Notes under the pieces: model-generated
Database searches by the model: none
What the model was told of the DNA's origin: nothing
What the model saw: only the letters and a program-made list of their open reading frames with translations
Shown here: piece by piece, positions 36,241 through 45,726 of the stretch
Numbering within the stretch: the stretch's first letter is position 1
Layout of the letters: the number at the start of each line of letters is the position of its first letter
NCBI GenBank assembly: GCA_038209745.1
Contig: JBBQXJ010000016.1
Span: 684-64,683, forward strand
From: Verrucomicrobiota bacterium
GTDB taxonomy: Bacteria > Verrucomicrobiota > Verrucomicrobiia > Limisphaerales > CANJSG01
DNA: 64,000 nucleotides
Direction of reading: 5' to 3'
Position numbers and translations under genes: made by a program

Positions 36241-36804
36241 TCAGGCGACCACGCGGGGCTTGGCGGCCAGAACCGTTGCCTTGGGCAGGGTCCGGTAGTC
36301 GCCGAAGGTCTGGAAAAGGGGAGTCAGATCAATGGCCAGATTGGACGCAGCCTTCAAGTCTTCCGCCACCAGGTCGAGGACACCCGCCACCGCCACTTTG
36401 ATCCCGGAGCGTCGGAGCTTGAGAGCCAGATGGGAAAAATCGCCGTCCCCGCTGACGAGGATCACCTCTTCAGGTTTGGCTTGGTCGCAAAAATCAATGG
36501 CATCGATCGTCATCATCAGATCCACCGTCGCCTTATAACTGCCTTGCTCGGCGGGCTTTCCAAACTTCCGGACAACGAGAAAGCCATGCTGCTCCAGCCA
36601 ATTGAGGAATTTTTCGCGCTTCTGCCGAAGCTCGAACCAATCGGGAAGATTGGGCGGCAAACCGGCGTAGACCACGAATTCGATGACGTTGCGATGGTCG
36701 CTGAGGAACTCGCGCACCTGAACCCAATCGGTCATCTTGCCGATGAGGTGGCCCATCTGGAGGAGATTGGCCTCGTCGATAAAAACAAGGGTGCGTGCAG
36801 CCAT
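36241..36804 (-). CDS. NYN-domain (LabA/DUF88-like) protein
   Basis: VFIDEANL, DLMMTIDAID, VILVSGDGDFSHLALKLRRSGIKV is the PIN-like NYN pattern. Confidence 0.75.
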   Translation of the reverse strand: MAARTLVFIDEANLLQMGHLIGKMTDWVQVREFLSDHRNVIEFVVYAGLPPNLPDWFELRQKREKFLNWLEQHGFLVVRKFGKPAEQGSYKATVDLMMTIDAIDFCDQAKPEEVILVSGDGDFSHLALKLRRSGIKVAVAGVLDLVAEDLKAASNLAIDLTPLFQTFGDYRTLPKATVLAAKPRVVA

Positions 36805-37106
36805 ACCGCCACGTTAGCAGTGGATTGCGAAAAGAAAACCCCTTTGTCCTCCGTTTTTCTCAAGGTGAACGCCGTTGAAGGGAATGCACTTCGATCCGCA
36901 GGACTCCACGGGAAGCTACCATTGGAGGGAGAAGATTTATGGACACCATTCTTGAAAGAAAATGTCCCGTAGCGAGACAACTATGCCCAAAGACCCGAAT
37001 CTTTCCGCAAGTATTTGAACCATCCGTCCCGGACTTGGCGCAACGGATAATCAATCTACGATAAATCCCCGTTGCCTCGAGATGTTTCCAAGCCGATAAC
37101 GGCCCA

Positions 37107-38054
37107 GTGAGCCCGCTATTTGCGTCTGCCCGAGAGACATTTCGAAAAATCGCCGCCAACGTCAGCAGTGTCGTCCAAGGTCAGGACGACACCATCCGCA
37201 AATTACTGATTTGCTTGGCGAGCGGGGGACATGTGTTGCTCGAAGATTTTCCCGGAACCGGCAAGACCACGCTGGCCAAGGCCTTGGCCAAATCGATCCA
37301 AGCTTCGTTTAAGCGGCTCCAATTCACCCCGGATCTACTGCCCTCCGACATCGTCGGAGTGTCGATCTACAATCAGCGCGATCAGCAGTTCCAGTTTCAC
37401 GAAGGTCCCGTGTTCACCCACATCCTGTTGGCCGACGAGATCAACCGGGCGTCGCCCCGCACCCAGTCGGCGCTCTTGGAGGCGATGGGCGAAAGTCAGG
37501 TCACCGTCGAAGGGGAACGCCGGGCGTTGCCTGAACTGTTCTTTGTCATCGCGACGCAGAACCCCGTCGAGTTTCGAGGGACCTATCCCCTGCCCGAGGC
37601 GCAGATGGACCGATTCGCCCTGCAGTTCACCCTCGGCTACGTCTCGTCCGACGAAGAGGTCGCGATCCTCTCGGCCCGCGAGAAGATCGATCCGTTGGAG
37701 TCGCTCAAACCGTGTGTCACGCTCGACGAGGTGCTGGCGCTGCGGCGGACGGTGCTCGATGTTCGCGTAAGCGAAGAGATCAAGCGCTACATTGTCGATC
37801 TTGTGGCCGCCACGCGGTCGGTCCCGGGGGTCCAGCTCGGAGCGAGCCCGCGCGCGTCGCTCGCCCTGATGAAGGCCGCCCAAGCCGCCGCCCTCCACGA
37901 TGGCCAGGAGTTCGTCACCCCGGAACAGGTGCGGAACCTCGCCGTCCCGGTCATCGCCCATCGATTGGCCCTCGATCCGCAGATGAAGTTTTCCGGTCTC
38001 TCCGCCAACTCCCTCGTCGAGGACATCGTCAAGCGGCAGGCCGCTCCGAAATGA
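37107..38054 (+). CDS. MoxR-family AAA+ ATPase
   Basis: GTG start. LLEDFPGTGKTTLAKALA (Walker A), LLADEINRASPRTQSALLEAM (Walker B / sensor), ATQNP. Confidence 0.88.
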   Translation: MSPLFASARETFRKIAANVSSVVQGQDDTIRKLLICLASGGHVLLEDFPGTGKTTLAKALAKSIQASFKRLQFTPDLLPSDIVGVSIYNQRDQQFQFHEGPVFTHILLADEINRASPRTQSALLEAMGESQVTVEGERRALPELFFVIATQNPVEFRGTYPLPEAQMDRFALQFTLGYVSSDEEVAILSAREKIDPLESLKPCVTLDEVLALRRTVLDVRVSEEIKRYIVDLVAATRSVPGVQLGASPRASLALMKAAQAAALHDGQEFVTPEQVRNLAVPVIAHRLALDPQMKFSGLSANSLVEDIVKRQAAPK

Positions 38055-38066
38055 TTCCCCGCCGCG

Positions 38067-39512
38067 ATGTCCGCTGAATCCCAAACGCGCAAACCCGCCA
38101 CCGGATCCGCTCCGTCGTCGGACCGAGCGCTGCCCAAAGGGATGAAAGCGTTGCCGCCCGGATCCACTCTCAGAAAGCTGCTCTATCGGAGCTTCCGGAC
38201 CACGCCCGAGCTGCCCCTGCGCTTCCGTAGGCGCTTCACCCTGCCGGGAATCTTCGTCTGGTGCCTGATCACGTTGACCGTTTTTCTGGGTTTGGACACG
38301 ACCCAGACGACCGCGTATCAGATCGTCACCCTGCTCTTCGCCATGATGATGGTCGGGCTCGTCTGCACTCTCTTCTTCAACCCGCGGATCCGGATCCGGC
38401 GCGTTCTCCCGACTCTTGGGACCGTCGGCCAGACCCTCAACTACGAGCTGCGACTGACCAACGAAAACCGACTCCCGGAGAGGGGCCTCATTGCGATCGA
38501 GAACCTCGAGGATCCGCGTCCCACCCTGACCGAGTTCCTCTTTACGCCGGAGCCTGGGGAGGAGCGCCGGAACTGGTATGACCGCACCCTGGGTTTTTAC
38601 CGTTGGCGTTGGCTCTACAATCGGAAACGCGGCGCCACGCTGAAAGAGCATCCGTTGCCCATCCTGCCCGGGCGCGAGGAAACCGTCGCATCAATGACCA
38701 TCACGCCCCTGCGGCGCGGTCGGTTGGTCTTCACCGGACTGACGCTGGCCCGCCCCGACCCGTTCGGCATGGTGAAGGCGCTCGCCATCCTCCCCAGGTC
38801 GGACTCCATCCTGGTCCTGCCCGAAAGGCATCCGATTCCCGCCCTCGATCTTCCGGGGAAGGTCAAACACCAGCAGGGGGGCGTGAGCTTTGCCTCGTCC
38901 GTCGGCGAATCGGAGGAGTTCGTCGCCCTGCGCGACTACCGTCCGGGAGACCCGCTTCGCCACATTCATTGGCGCAGTTTCGCAAGGACGGGCCGACCGA
39001 TCGTGAAGGAGTTCCAGGACGAATACTTCGTCCGCACTGCACTGGTCCTGGACACATTCGGCTCCGATCTCGACGTGTTTGAATGTGCCGTCTCGGCTGC
39101 GGCGTCCTTCGCCTGCGCGCTCGACACGCAGGAGTCGTTGCTCGACCTCCTGTTCGTGGGCGACGAAGCCTATTGCTTCACCGCCGGCCGGGGCCTTGGC
39201 CAGACCCGACAGGTTCTGGAAGTGTTGGCCGGTGTGCAGGCACGGCCCGAGAAGTCCTTTGGATCCCTCGACGGGCTCATGGTCCGCCACGCTTCGAAGG
39301 TCAGCGGCTGCGTCTGCATCCTCATCGAGTGGGACGACGAGCGGAAGGCGTTCATCCGTCGGATGCAAAGCCTTCAAGTCCCGGTTCTCGTCGTTCTCAT
39401 CGTGTCAGAATCGTCCAAAGTGCGCCCCGATCCGGGTCCCATGAAGGTGTGTCCGGACCGCTTCAGAGTCATCCCGATGAACCGGTTGAAAGAGGGACTC
39501 GCGAGCCTATGA
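38067..39512 (+). CDS. DUF58-domain protein with N-terminal TM pair
   Basis: Hallmark FVALRDYRPGDPLRHIHWRSFARTGRPIVKEFQDE. Sits immediately downstream of moxR. Confidence 0.8.
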   Translation: MSAESQTRKPATGSAPSSDRALPKGMKALPPGSTLRKLLYRSFRTTPELPLRFRRRFTLPGIFVWCLITLTVFLGLDTTQTTAYQIVTLLFAMMMVGLVCTLFFNPRIRIRRVLPTLGTVGQTLNYELRLTNENRLPERGLIAIENLEDPRPTLTEFLFTPEPGEERRNWYDRTLGFYRWRWLYNRKRGATLKEHPLPILPGREETVASMTITPLRRGRLVFTGLTLARPDPFGMVKALAILPRSDSILVLPERHPIPALDLPGKVKHQQGGVSFASSVGESEEFVALRDYRPGDPLRHIHWRSFARTGRPIVKEFQDEYFVRTALVLDTFGSDLDVFECAVSAAASFACALDTQESLLDLLFVGDEAYCFTAGRGLGQTRQVLEVLAGVQARPEKSFGSLDGLMVRHASKVSGCVCILIEWDDERKAFIRRMQSLQVPVLVVLIVSESSKVRPDPGPMKVCPDRFRVIPMNRLKEGLASL

Positions 39513-39576
39513 CCGCGTTCTGCGCCATCCACGGGATCCGTCCAGACCCAAAGGTCTCCAGCCCGGTTGTGACGCC

Positions 39577-41637
39577 ATGATCCCGCCTCCTCTGCTAGTT
39601 GGATCGACGCTGCTCTTCTGGGGCTGGATGACGGGCTTCATCTGGGTGGCGATCGCTCTGGCCGCGCTGATGGAACTTCCCCGCATCCTTCGCTTCCGCT
39701 GGGACATTTCATTGGAGGACTTCCAGCGGATCTGGACGGTCTGCTGTCTTGTCTATCTCGGCGTCGGGGCCATCCGCATCGCCATGGGCGACTCTTCCAA
39801 CGAGGTGGATCTGGCCAATCCTTCCAGCCGCCTGCGCGCGCTGCGCGAAGCCTCCGGCACCGCGCTCACGCTGACGCAATGGCTGCCGCTGTTCTTTTTC
39901 CCTCTGGCCTTCGCCCAGGCCGTGTCCGTTCGTTCGCGGATCAAGGCAACGGTCTTCTTCTTTTTCTTCCGCCGTCGGCTCGAAACCAGCTGGTTCCAGC
40001 CGGAGATCAATCTGGGCTTTCCCTACATCGCCCTAAGCGTCGTCTCCGCCAGCGCCGCAAACGTTCGGACTCCGGCCTTCTTTTTCGGCACCGTCCTCGT
40101 TCTCTCATGGACGCTCTGGTCCATCCGGCCCCGGCGCTATCCGCTCGTCGTCTGGGCCACGCTCACCGTGCTGGTCGGATCGCTCGGCTACGCCGGCAAC
40201 GAGGGCTTGATCTGGCTCCACCAGGTGATCGAGGGCAAATCCTCCGAATGGCTCGCGCGCTTCGCCGGCCGAAATCCAAATGCCCAAGAGAACCGCACCC
40301 AGATCGGCAGGATTGGTCGACTGAAACTCTCCAGTTCCATCGTGCTCCGGGTCGAACCCGTCGGAACCCCGCCCCATCTCCTCCGCGAAACCAGCTATGA
40401 CAACTACAGGGGCGAAAACTGGTATGCAGACGTCCGTGCGTTCGGCGAGATGACCTCTCAAACAGACGCCGAAACCTGGAAGCTTCTCCCGCCACAGACC
40501 GGATCCGAGATCGTCTACATCACGGAGTTTCTCCCCGGCGGCAACGGCCTCCTCGCCGTTCCCGGGGGCGTGACCCAGATCTCGTCGCTGCCCGTTCCTG
40601 TCCTCCAGACCAACAACTACGGCGTCCTCCGGGTTTTGCAGGGTCCGGGACTCGTTCGTCTCAGGGCGACCTACGCCAATGGACGCACTTTTGATTCGCC
40701 GCCCAGACCCACCAACGATCTGGCCGTCGCCGCCTACGAATGGCCGGGCATCGACGGGGCCATCCAGGAGATCGGCATCAGCTCCAACACCCCGCCTGCC
40801 GAGGCCGTCGCGGCGATCGAACGCTTTTTCCAGCTCAAGTTCAGCTACACCACCTGGCTCGAAATTCCACGGTTCAACTCCGAGAGCGTGCTTTCGCCCC
40901 TCGGGCAATTTCTTCTCCGGAAGCGCGCGGGCCACTGCGAATACTTCGCCACCGCGACGACTCTGATGCTCCGCCGCGTCGGCATCCCCGCGCGCTATGC
41001 CACCGGTTTCGCGGTGGACGAGGTCGACTCCGACAACAAGACGTTCATCGTCCGCGAACGTCACGCCCATGCGTGGTGCCTCGCCTGGCTCGACGGTGCG
41101 TGGCACGACGTGGACACCACCCCCGGCAGCTGGTTTGGCGTGGAAGAAAAGCGGGCCTCCATGCAGTGGATCAAGGATTTGTGGTTCCGCCTCAAGTTCT
41201 CCTACGCCCGTTGGCGCTGGCTCAAGGAAGACCACGCCTGGCAGCAGATCCTGCCGTATGCCCTCTCCGTCCTGCTCGGCGCCGTCGCGTGGCGGGTTGG
41301 CGCCGGACTGCGCCGGAAGCGGAGTCGCCGGGACATCGCGAAAGCCATCGCCCGGAAATGGCCGGGGATGGACTCCGAACTCTTCGCACTCCTTCTTCGC
41401 CTCGCCCACCGCGATCTGGACTGGCGGTCCGATGAACAGTCGACGGCTTGGCTGCTCCGGGTCGGCCAGCGAGCCGGGCCGCGCCTGTCCGAGATTCTTT
41501 CGGAGATCCACGCCCTGCACCTGCGCTACCGATTCGATCCAGCGGGCCTTTCACCGGACGAGCGTGTCGAACTGCGCGCTCTGGTCAGCCAAGCCGGGGA
41601 AGAATTGACCGTTCAGGCCGAAGCTCCGGCGCGCTGA
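39577..41637 (+). CDS. transglutaminase-like membrane protein (TgpA-like)
   Basis: Multi-TM N-terminal half. Catalytic Cys/His/Asp core: RAGHCEYFATA ... RHAHAWCLAW ... WHDVDTTP. A C-terminal TM segment follows. Confidence 0.8.
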   Translation: MIPPPLLVGSTLLFWGWMTGFIWVAIALAALMELPRILRFRWDISLEDFQRIWTVCCLVYLGVGAIRIAMGDSSNEVDLANPSSRLRALREASGTALTLTQWLPLFFFPLAFAQAVSVRSRIKATVFFFFFRRRLETSWFQPEINLGFPYIALSVVSASAANVRTPAFFFGTVLVLSWTLWSIRPRRYPLVVWATLTVLVGSLGYAGNEGLIWLHQVIEGKSSEWLARFAGRNPNAQENRTQIGRIGRLKLSSSIVLRVEPVGTPPHLLRETSYDNYRGENWYADVRAFGEMTSQTDAETWKLLPPQTGSEIVYITEFLPGGNGLLAVPGGVTQISSLPVPVLQTNNYGVLRVLQGPGLVRLRATYANGRTFDSPPRPTNDLAVAAYEWPGIDGAIQEIGISSNTPPAEAVAAIERFFQLKFSYTTWLEIPRFNSESVLSPLGQFLLRKRAGHCEYFATATTLMLRRVGIPARYATGFAVDEVDSDNKTFIVRERHAHAWCLAWLDGAWHDVDTTPGSWFGVEEKRASMQWIKDLWFRLKFSYARWRWLKEDHAWQQILPYALSVLLGAVAWRVGAGLRRKRSRRDIAKAIARKWPGMDSELFALLLRLAHRDLDWRSDEQSTAWLLRVGQRAGPRLSEILSEIHALHLRYRFDPAGLSPDERVELRALVSQAGEELTVQAEAPAR

Positions 41638-41912
41638 TCCGGAGCGCCACGAGGGTCTTCAAACCAATGGAGCTGGCCTGAGCCGGAACTATGCAGAAGA
41701 AATGAATGGGGAGCGCAGCCGCCCCGGTTGCCCTCCGGCGCGCCCCGCGCCGGACCCGGACGCGCCCGGATACTCCAGGCGGTGAATCGTTTCCTGCGCC
41801 TCCGATGGACCGCGAGGGCGCGCTCTCAATCTCCACTGCTTCGTTCCGGCTTAGCACCGCTCCGCGGCTGGGTTTGAAGACACTCCCCCGGAATTTCCGC
41901 CATCCCTTCGGT

Positions 41913-44450
41913 TCAGTCCGCTGCCTTGATCTCCACATAGTCCACCACCGCCGCCTCTTTCCCGTCGGGCACACCTTGAATTCGGATCTCGTCGCCGCGA
42001 CGGAGCATGACTCCGTGAACCGTGTGTCGGGAGGAAGTATGCCCATTCGGAGCATCGCTCGGCAACGTGTCGTCGGCCGTCCATCGGTCCATGACCTGGC
42101 CGCCGATCAGCAGCGTGAAGCGGGAAGCTCCGTCGTTCTCGTCGAAATACTGGACCACAACGTCGTGCCATCCCGGCTTGCCAAAGAACTGGAACGAAGC
42201 CGCGGCCGGCGTGTTTGTCGCGGTGGCGGCGATCGCTCTTCCTCCGGATGCGGTTTCCCATGGGGTCACGGTGATCGCGGAATAGCCGTCCAACACCATG
42301 GACTCGGCTTCGATCCGCCCGGGGTGGTGGTCCACCCGGCCCTTTTTGTCGGAGATGCCGGACTTCTTGAAAAACCAATCGTTGACCGCGTCGCGCCAGA
42401 CGCACGCGTGGCCGGCCTGGAACTCGAAAGCCTTCAGCACAGCCGCGTAGCGTTCGTCGTCGATCTTGCCTTTCAGCTTTTTCCAATCGGTGACGAACCG
42501 CGCCGCTTCTTCCGCTCCGGCGTAGTGCGCGTCGTAGAAGCGCTGGATGACCGTCTTGCCGGAGCGCAGTTCATGCGTGTAGGGCACGTGGTGCATGAAG
42601 AGCAGCAGCTCCTCCGGACAGGTCTTGAGCGACTCGAACCGGGCCGCGACCGCGGGGCGGTATTGACCCAGGTAGCCGGTGCCCGTGGCGACCGTCCGGT
42701 CCATCCCGGTGCCGGTCTCGTTCGACCGATGCCACTGGCCCCAACCATTGTGTTCCGAGGATTCGACGCCTGGGCCGAAGTGGACGTGGATGATGTCGGT
42801 CAATGTGCCGATGCCCAGCGGGCCGGTGTAGTTCTCATAGGCCGGCCAGGAACGCATCTGTAGATCGGTGATCGCATCCACGACCTGCGAATCGTTGCCG
42901 AAGGTCTGCCGGGTCCATTCCTCGGCGATGTCCTTGGCGGAAAGATCGGGATTCCACGCAAGGCGGCCGAAACCATACAGGTTTGCCAACGCGAGATGGC
43001 TCCCGAGCCAATCGACGTCCCGTCCCACGTTGGACACTCCGACGTAGCCGCCCGAGGGACGGTTGAAGGTCTTCCCGGAAACGAGATCCTTGACCGGCGT
43101 TCCCCTGCCCTTCGCTTCCATGTCGAAGTCCAGCGTCTCCTTCCACATCGGGACGAGATAGCAGAGGTGGCGTTGCTGGCCCGTATACTCCTGGGTGATC
43201 TGCAGCTCGATGGCTTGGCTGGTCTTTTCCAACGCGCCGAACAGCGGCGACGCCGGCTCCCGGACCTGGAAGTCGATCGGGCCATGCTTGATCTGCACCA
43301 CGACGTTGTCCTCGAACCGGCCGTCGAGCTTCTTGAAGTTGTCGTAGGCGGCCTTTGCCCGGTCGAGGCTCAGGTCGTGCCAGTCCATCTCATGGTCGTA
43401 GACGAAGCCCCGATAGAAGAGCACGCCGCCGTGGGGCTTCAGCGCGCGGGCGATGACATTGGCCGCATCGGCGTGGGTGCGTCCGTATTGCGAGGGTCCG
43501 AGCCGGCCTTCCGAATCGGCCTTCAGGACGAAGCCGCCCAGATCGGGAATCGCCCGATACACCTCGGCCACCGTCTTTTGCCAGAATTCCACGGTGCGGG
43601 GATCCAAGGGATCGAAACTGTCGATCCCGCCGATCTTTTGGGGACTGGCGAAATCGAGCGAGAGGTAGAGCTTCACGCCCCAGTTGCGGAACACTTCCGC
43701 CACCCGCGCCACCTCCGGCAAATAGGCCTCCGTCACGACCCGGGCATCGGCGTTCACGTTGTTGATCGAGCAGCCGTTGATCCCCACTGACGCCATGAGC
43801 CGCGCGTAGTCCCGGACCCGACCGAGATCGGACACGATCTTCCCGCTCTCCCAGAACAGGGAGCGGCCCGCGTAGCCGCGCTCGATCGTGCCGTCGAGAT
43901 TGTCCCAATGGTTCAGAATGCGGATCGGGGCAGCGGGGCTCTCCGAAAGGTTCAGCCGCGCGATGCTCTCGCCGGCCTGCATCCGGCGCAGGAGCGCGAA
44001 GACGCCATGCAGGACCCCGCGATCGTCGGGCCCCGTGACGAGAAGGTGGTTCTTGCCGTTCTTGCGGATGGATGTGATCCAAAACCCTTCGGACTTGAGT
44101 TCGGGCGCCTTGCCCAGCTCGGGAAATTCCTTTCTGGCCGTATCGAGCGTGGCCAACACGATCGAGTCGGCGGTGGCGGTCGACGTTTCCTCTCGGAGAA
44201 TCCGTCCGAGCAGACCGCGCACGCCCCGCACGAGTTCCTCCTGGGCGGCAAAGACGACGTCGGAGCGGTCCAGCGCGACGACAAATCCAGGAAGAGCCTC
44301 ATAGCGCCAGCGGTCCCAACCGCTCGCGACCGGCGCGTAGCGCAGCCACCCATCCGCACCCGTCTCTGCGTGGACCGAGCCGACCCAGGGCAGGAGACCG
44401 AACAACAGGACCAAACGGGCTAGGACGGCTTGGCAGATGAGCTGTTTCAT
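41913..44450 (-). CDS. aguA: GH67 alpha-glucuronidase with extra C-terminal CBM-like domain
   Basis: Signal peptide. DGWLRY, GVLHGVFALLR, RILNHWDNLDG, GINGCSINNVNA, FWQ..., FVLKADSEG are GH67 blocks. The C-terminal ~135 aa (GRIEAESMVLDGY...VDYVEIK) resembles a CBM6/35-type module. Start at MKQLICQ. Confidence 0.85.
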   Translation of the reverse strand: MKQLICQAVLARLVLLFGLLPWVGSVHAETGADGWLRYAPVASGWDRWRYEALPGFVVALDRSDVVFAAQEELVRGVRGLLGRILREETSTATADSIVLATLDTARKEFPELGKAPELKSEGFWITSIRKNGKNHLLVTGPDDRGVLHGVFALLRRMQAGESIARLNLSESPAAPIRILNHWDNLDGTIERGYAGRSLFWESGKIVSDLGRVRDYARLMASVGINGCSINNVNADARVVTEAYLPEVARVAEVFRNWGVKLYLSLDFASPQKIGGIDSFDPLDPRTVEFWQKTVAEVYRAIPDLGGFVLKADSEGRLGPSQYGRTHADAANVIARALKPHGGVLFYRGFVYDHEMDWHDLSLDRAKAAYDNFKKLDGRFEDNVVVQIKHGPIDFQVREPASPLFGALEKTSQAIELQITQEYTGQQRHLCYLVPMWKETLDFDMEAKGRGTPVKDLVSGKTFNRPSGGYVGVSNVGRDVDWLGSHLALANLYGFGRLAWNPDLSAKDIAEEWTRQTFGNDSQVVDAITDLQMRSWPAYENYTGPLGIGTLTDIIHVHFGPGVESSEHNGWGQWHRSNETGTGMDRTVATGTGYLGQYRPAVAARFESLKTCPEELLLFMHHVPYTHELRSGKTVIQRFYDAHYAGAEEAARFVTDWKKLKGKIDDERYAAVLKAFEFQAGHACVWRDAVNDWFFKKSGISDKKGRVDHHPGRIEAESMVLDGYSAITVTPWETASGGRAIAATATNTPAAASFQFFGKPGWHDVVVQYFDENDGASRFTLLIGGQVMDRWTADDTLPSDAPNGHTSSRHTVHGVMLRRGDEIRIQGVPDGKEAAVVDYVEIKAAD

Positions 44451-44569
44451 GGGATGCGGGACCAATCAAACCAGCGATCCACCAAGGCTGGCAAGCAAGC
44501 CGGGGGATTCGCCGCGGGCAACATGGATGACAAGTGCCCCAAACGCTTCCCGCTTCTGGAGGAAGGTCG

Positions 44570-45523
44570 TCAGCCTTGAATGATTTGTTCGAGCTCCTGT
44601 CCGTCGAGGTCCGTCTTGATCTGAAGCCAGAGCGGCAGGTGGTCGGACAGTTGGTAGGTGAACGCCGTCTTGGTCATGCCTTCCGGGAACAGTTCCACGA
44701 TCCGGCTGTCGTCGACGAAAAAGTCGAGCACCCCGCCCGCGTTGGTGAAGTTCTCCGGATATTGAGGATGCACCAGGATCTGGTCGTAGCGTTTGTCCTT
44801 TTCCAGATTGCTGCCGTGCTGCAACCCCAGCAGCGCCCGGGGAATCTCGAGTCCGTGTTTGGTGATCGCCGTAAAAAGGGAGCTGCCCTTCGACGGGATG
44901 TTGAAGTCGCCCATGACGATGAGGTCCTTGTCCTCCTTGGTCTCCTCGATGCGCTTGGCCTCGATCCAGTCGGCCAGCCGCTCCAGCTCCAGACGCCGCG
45001 CTTCGGGGGTGTCGCCCCAGCGGATGTGGGTGGTCAGCACGACAAAATCGAAGTTGCCCGCCTTGAACGACGCTAGATAGGGCGCCCGCCAGAAGGACTC
45101 CTCCGGCAGATACTCCAGACCCTTCTTCTTTCGCGGTTGGTTTGCCTCGGCGGCCAATCCATTGAAGACCACCGCCCGCTTGTCGAAGAGGTAGGCAATG
45201 CGTTCGCGGTTGCCGCCGGCGTCCGGGATCATGTCGGAATACACCGCCCGCCAATACGGCCCGAGAATCTCCATCACGCGGCCCAGATCGGCCAGGTTGT
45301 CGCGCAGTTCCACCAGTCCGATCAGGTCGAATTGCCCAAGGATCTCCGCGACGTAGTGGATCGCGGCGGTGCTCCGGCGTTTGCGGCCGAATTCCCGGAT
45401 GTTCCAGGTCGCGATGTTGATCGTTTCGTCGAGCTTCGAGGGCGGGATCTTGGCGGCCTTGATCCGTTCCTTGAGCGCGAGCAGTCCCTTGGCGATGTCG
45501 TCCGAAACCTTTCCGTGGTGCAT
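44570..45523 (-). CDS. endonuclease/exonuclease/phosphatase (DNase I-like) family protein
   Basis: NIATWNIREF, IGLVELRD, VMGDFNI, SDHLPLW catalytic blocks. No signal peptide. Start at MHHGKVSDD (ATG 45523). Confidence 0.75.
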   Translation of the reverse strand: MHHGKVSDDIAKGLLALKERIKAAKIPPSKLDETINIATWNIREFGRKRRSTAAIHYVAEILGQFDLIGLVELRDNLADLGRVMEILGPYWRAVYSDMIPDAGGNRERIAYLFDKRAVVFNGLAAEANQPRKKKGLEYLPEESFWRAPYLASFKAGNFDFVVLTTHIRWGDTPEARRLELERLADWIEAKRIEETKEDKDLIVMGDFNIPSKGSSLFTAITKHGLEIPRALLGLQHGSNLEKDKRYDQILVHPQYPENFTNAGGVLDFFVDDSRIVELFPEGMTKTAFTYQLSDHLPLWLQIKTDLDGQELEQIIQG

Positions 45524-45726
45524 ATGGCGTCCCTTGCTCTGAATTCCCGTCGGTGAGCCCTGCGGAAAGATGGACCAATCTCGCCCCTGGAGACAGCCCC
45601 GTCTCACAACAGGGTGAACGCCCGCTTCGATGATCCCCTTTCGCCCCCAACCGGGATCTGATTACGGGAGCCGTCTCCACGGGCGCCAGGGCCTTGGCAC
45701 CCGTGGAAACGGGATGGGGAATCCCG

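Noticed and set aside
41735-41753. GC hairpin (CCGGCGC-GCCCC-GCGCCGG) between the convergent transglutaminase and aguA genes, as a possible bidirectional terminator.
   Set aside because: There is no flanking T/A tract on either strand. The surrounding DNA looks like another GC-rich repeat fragment.
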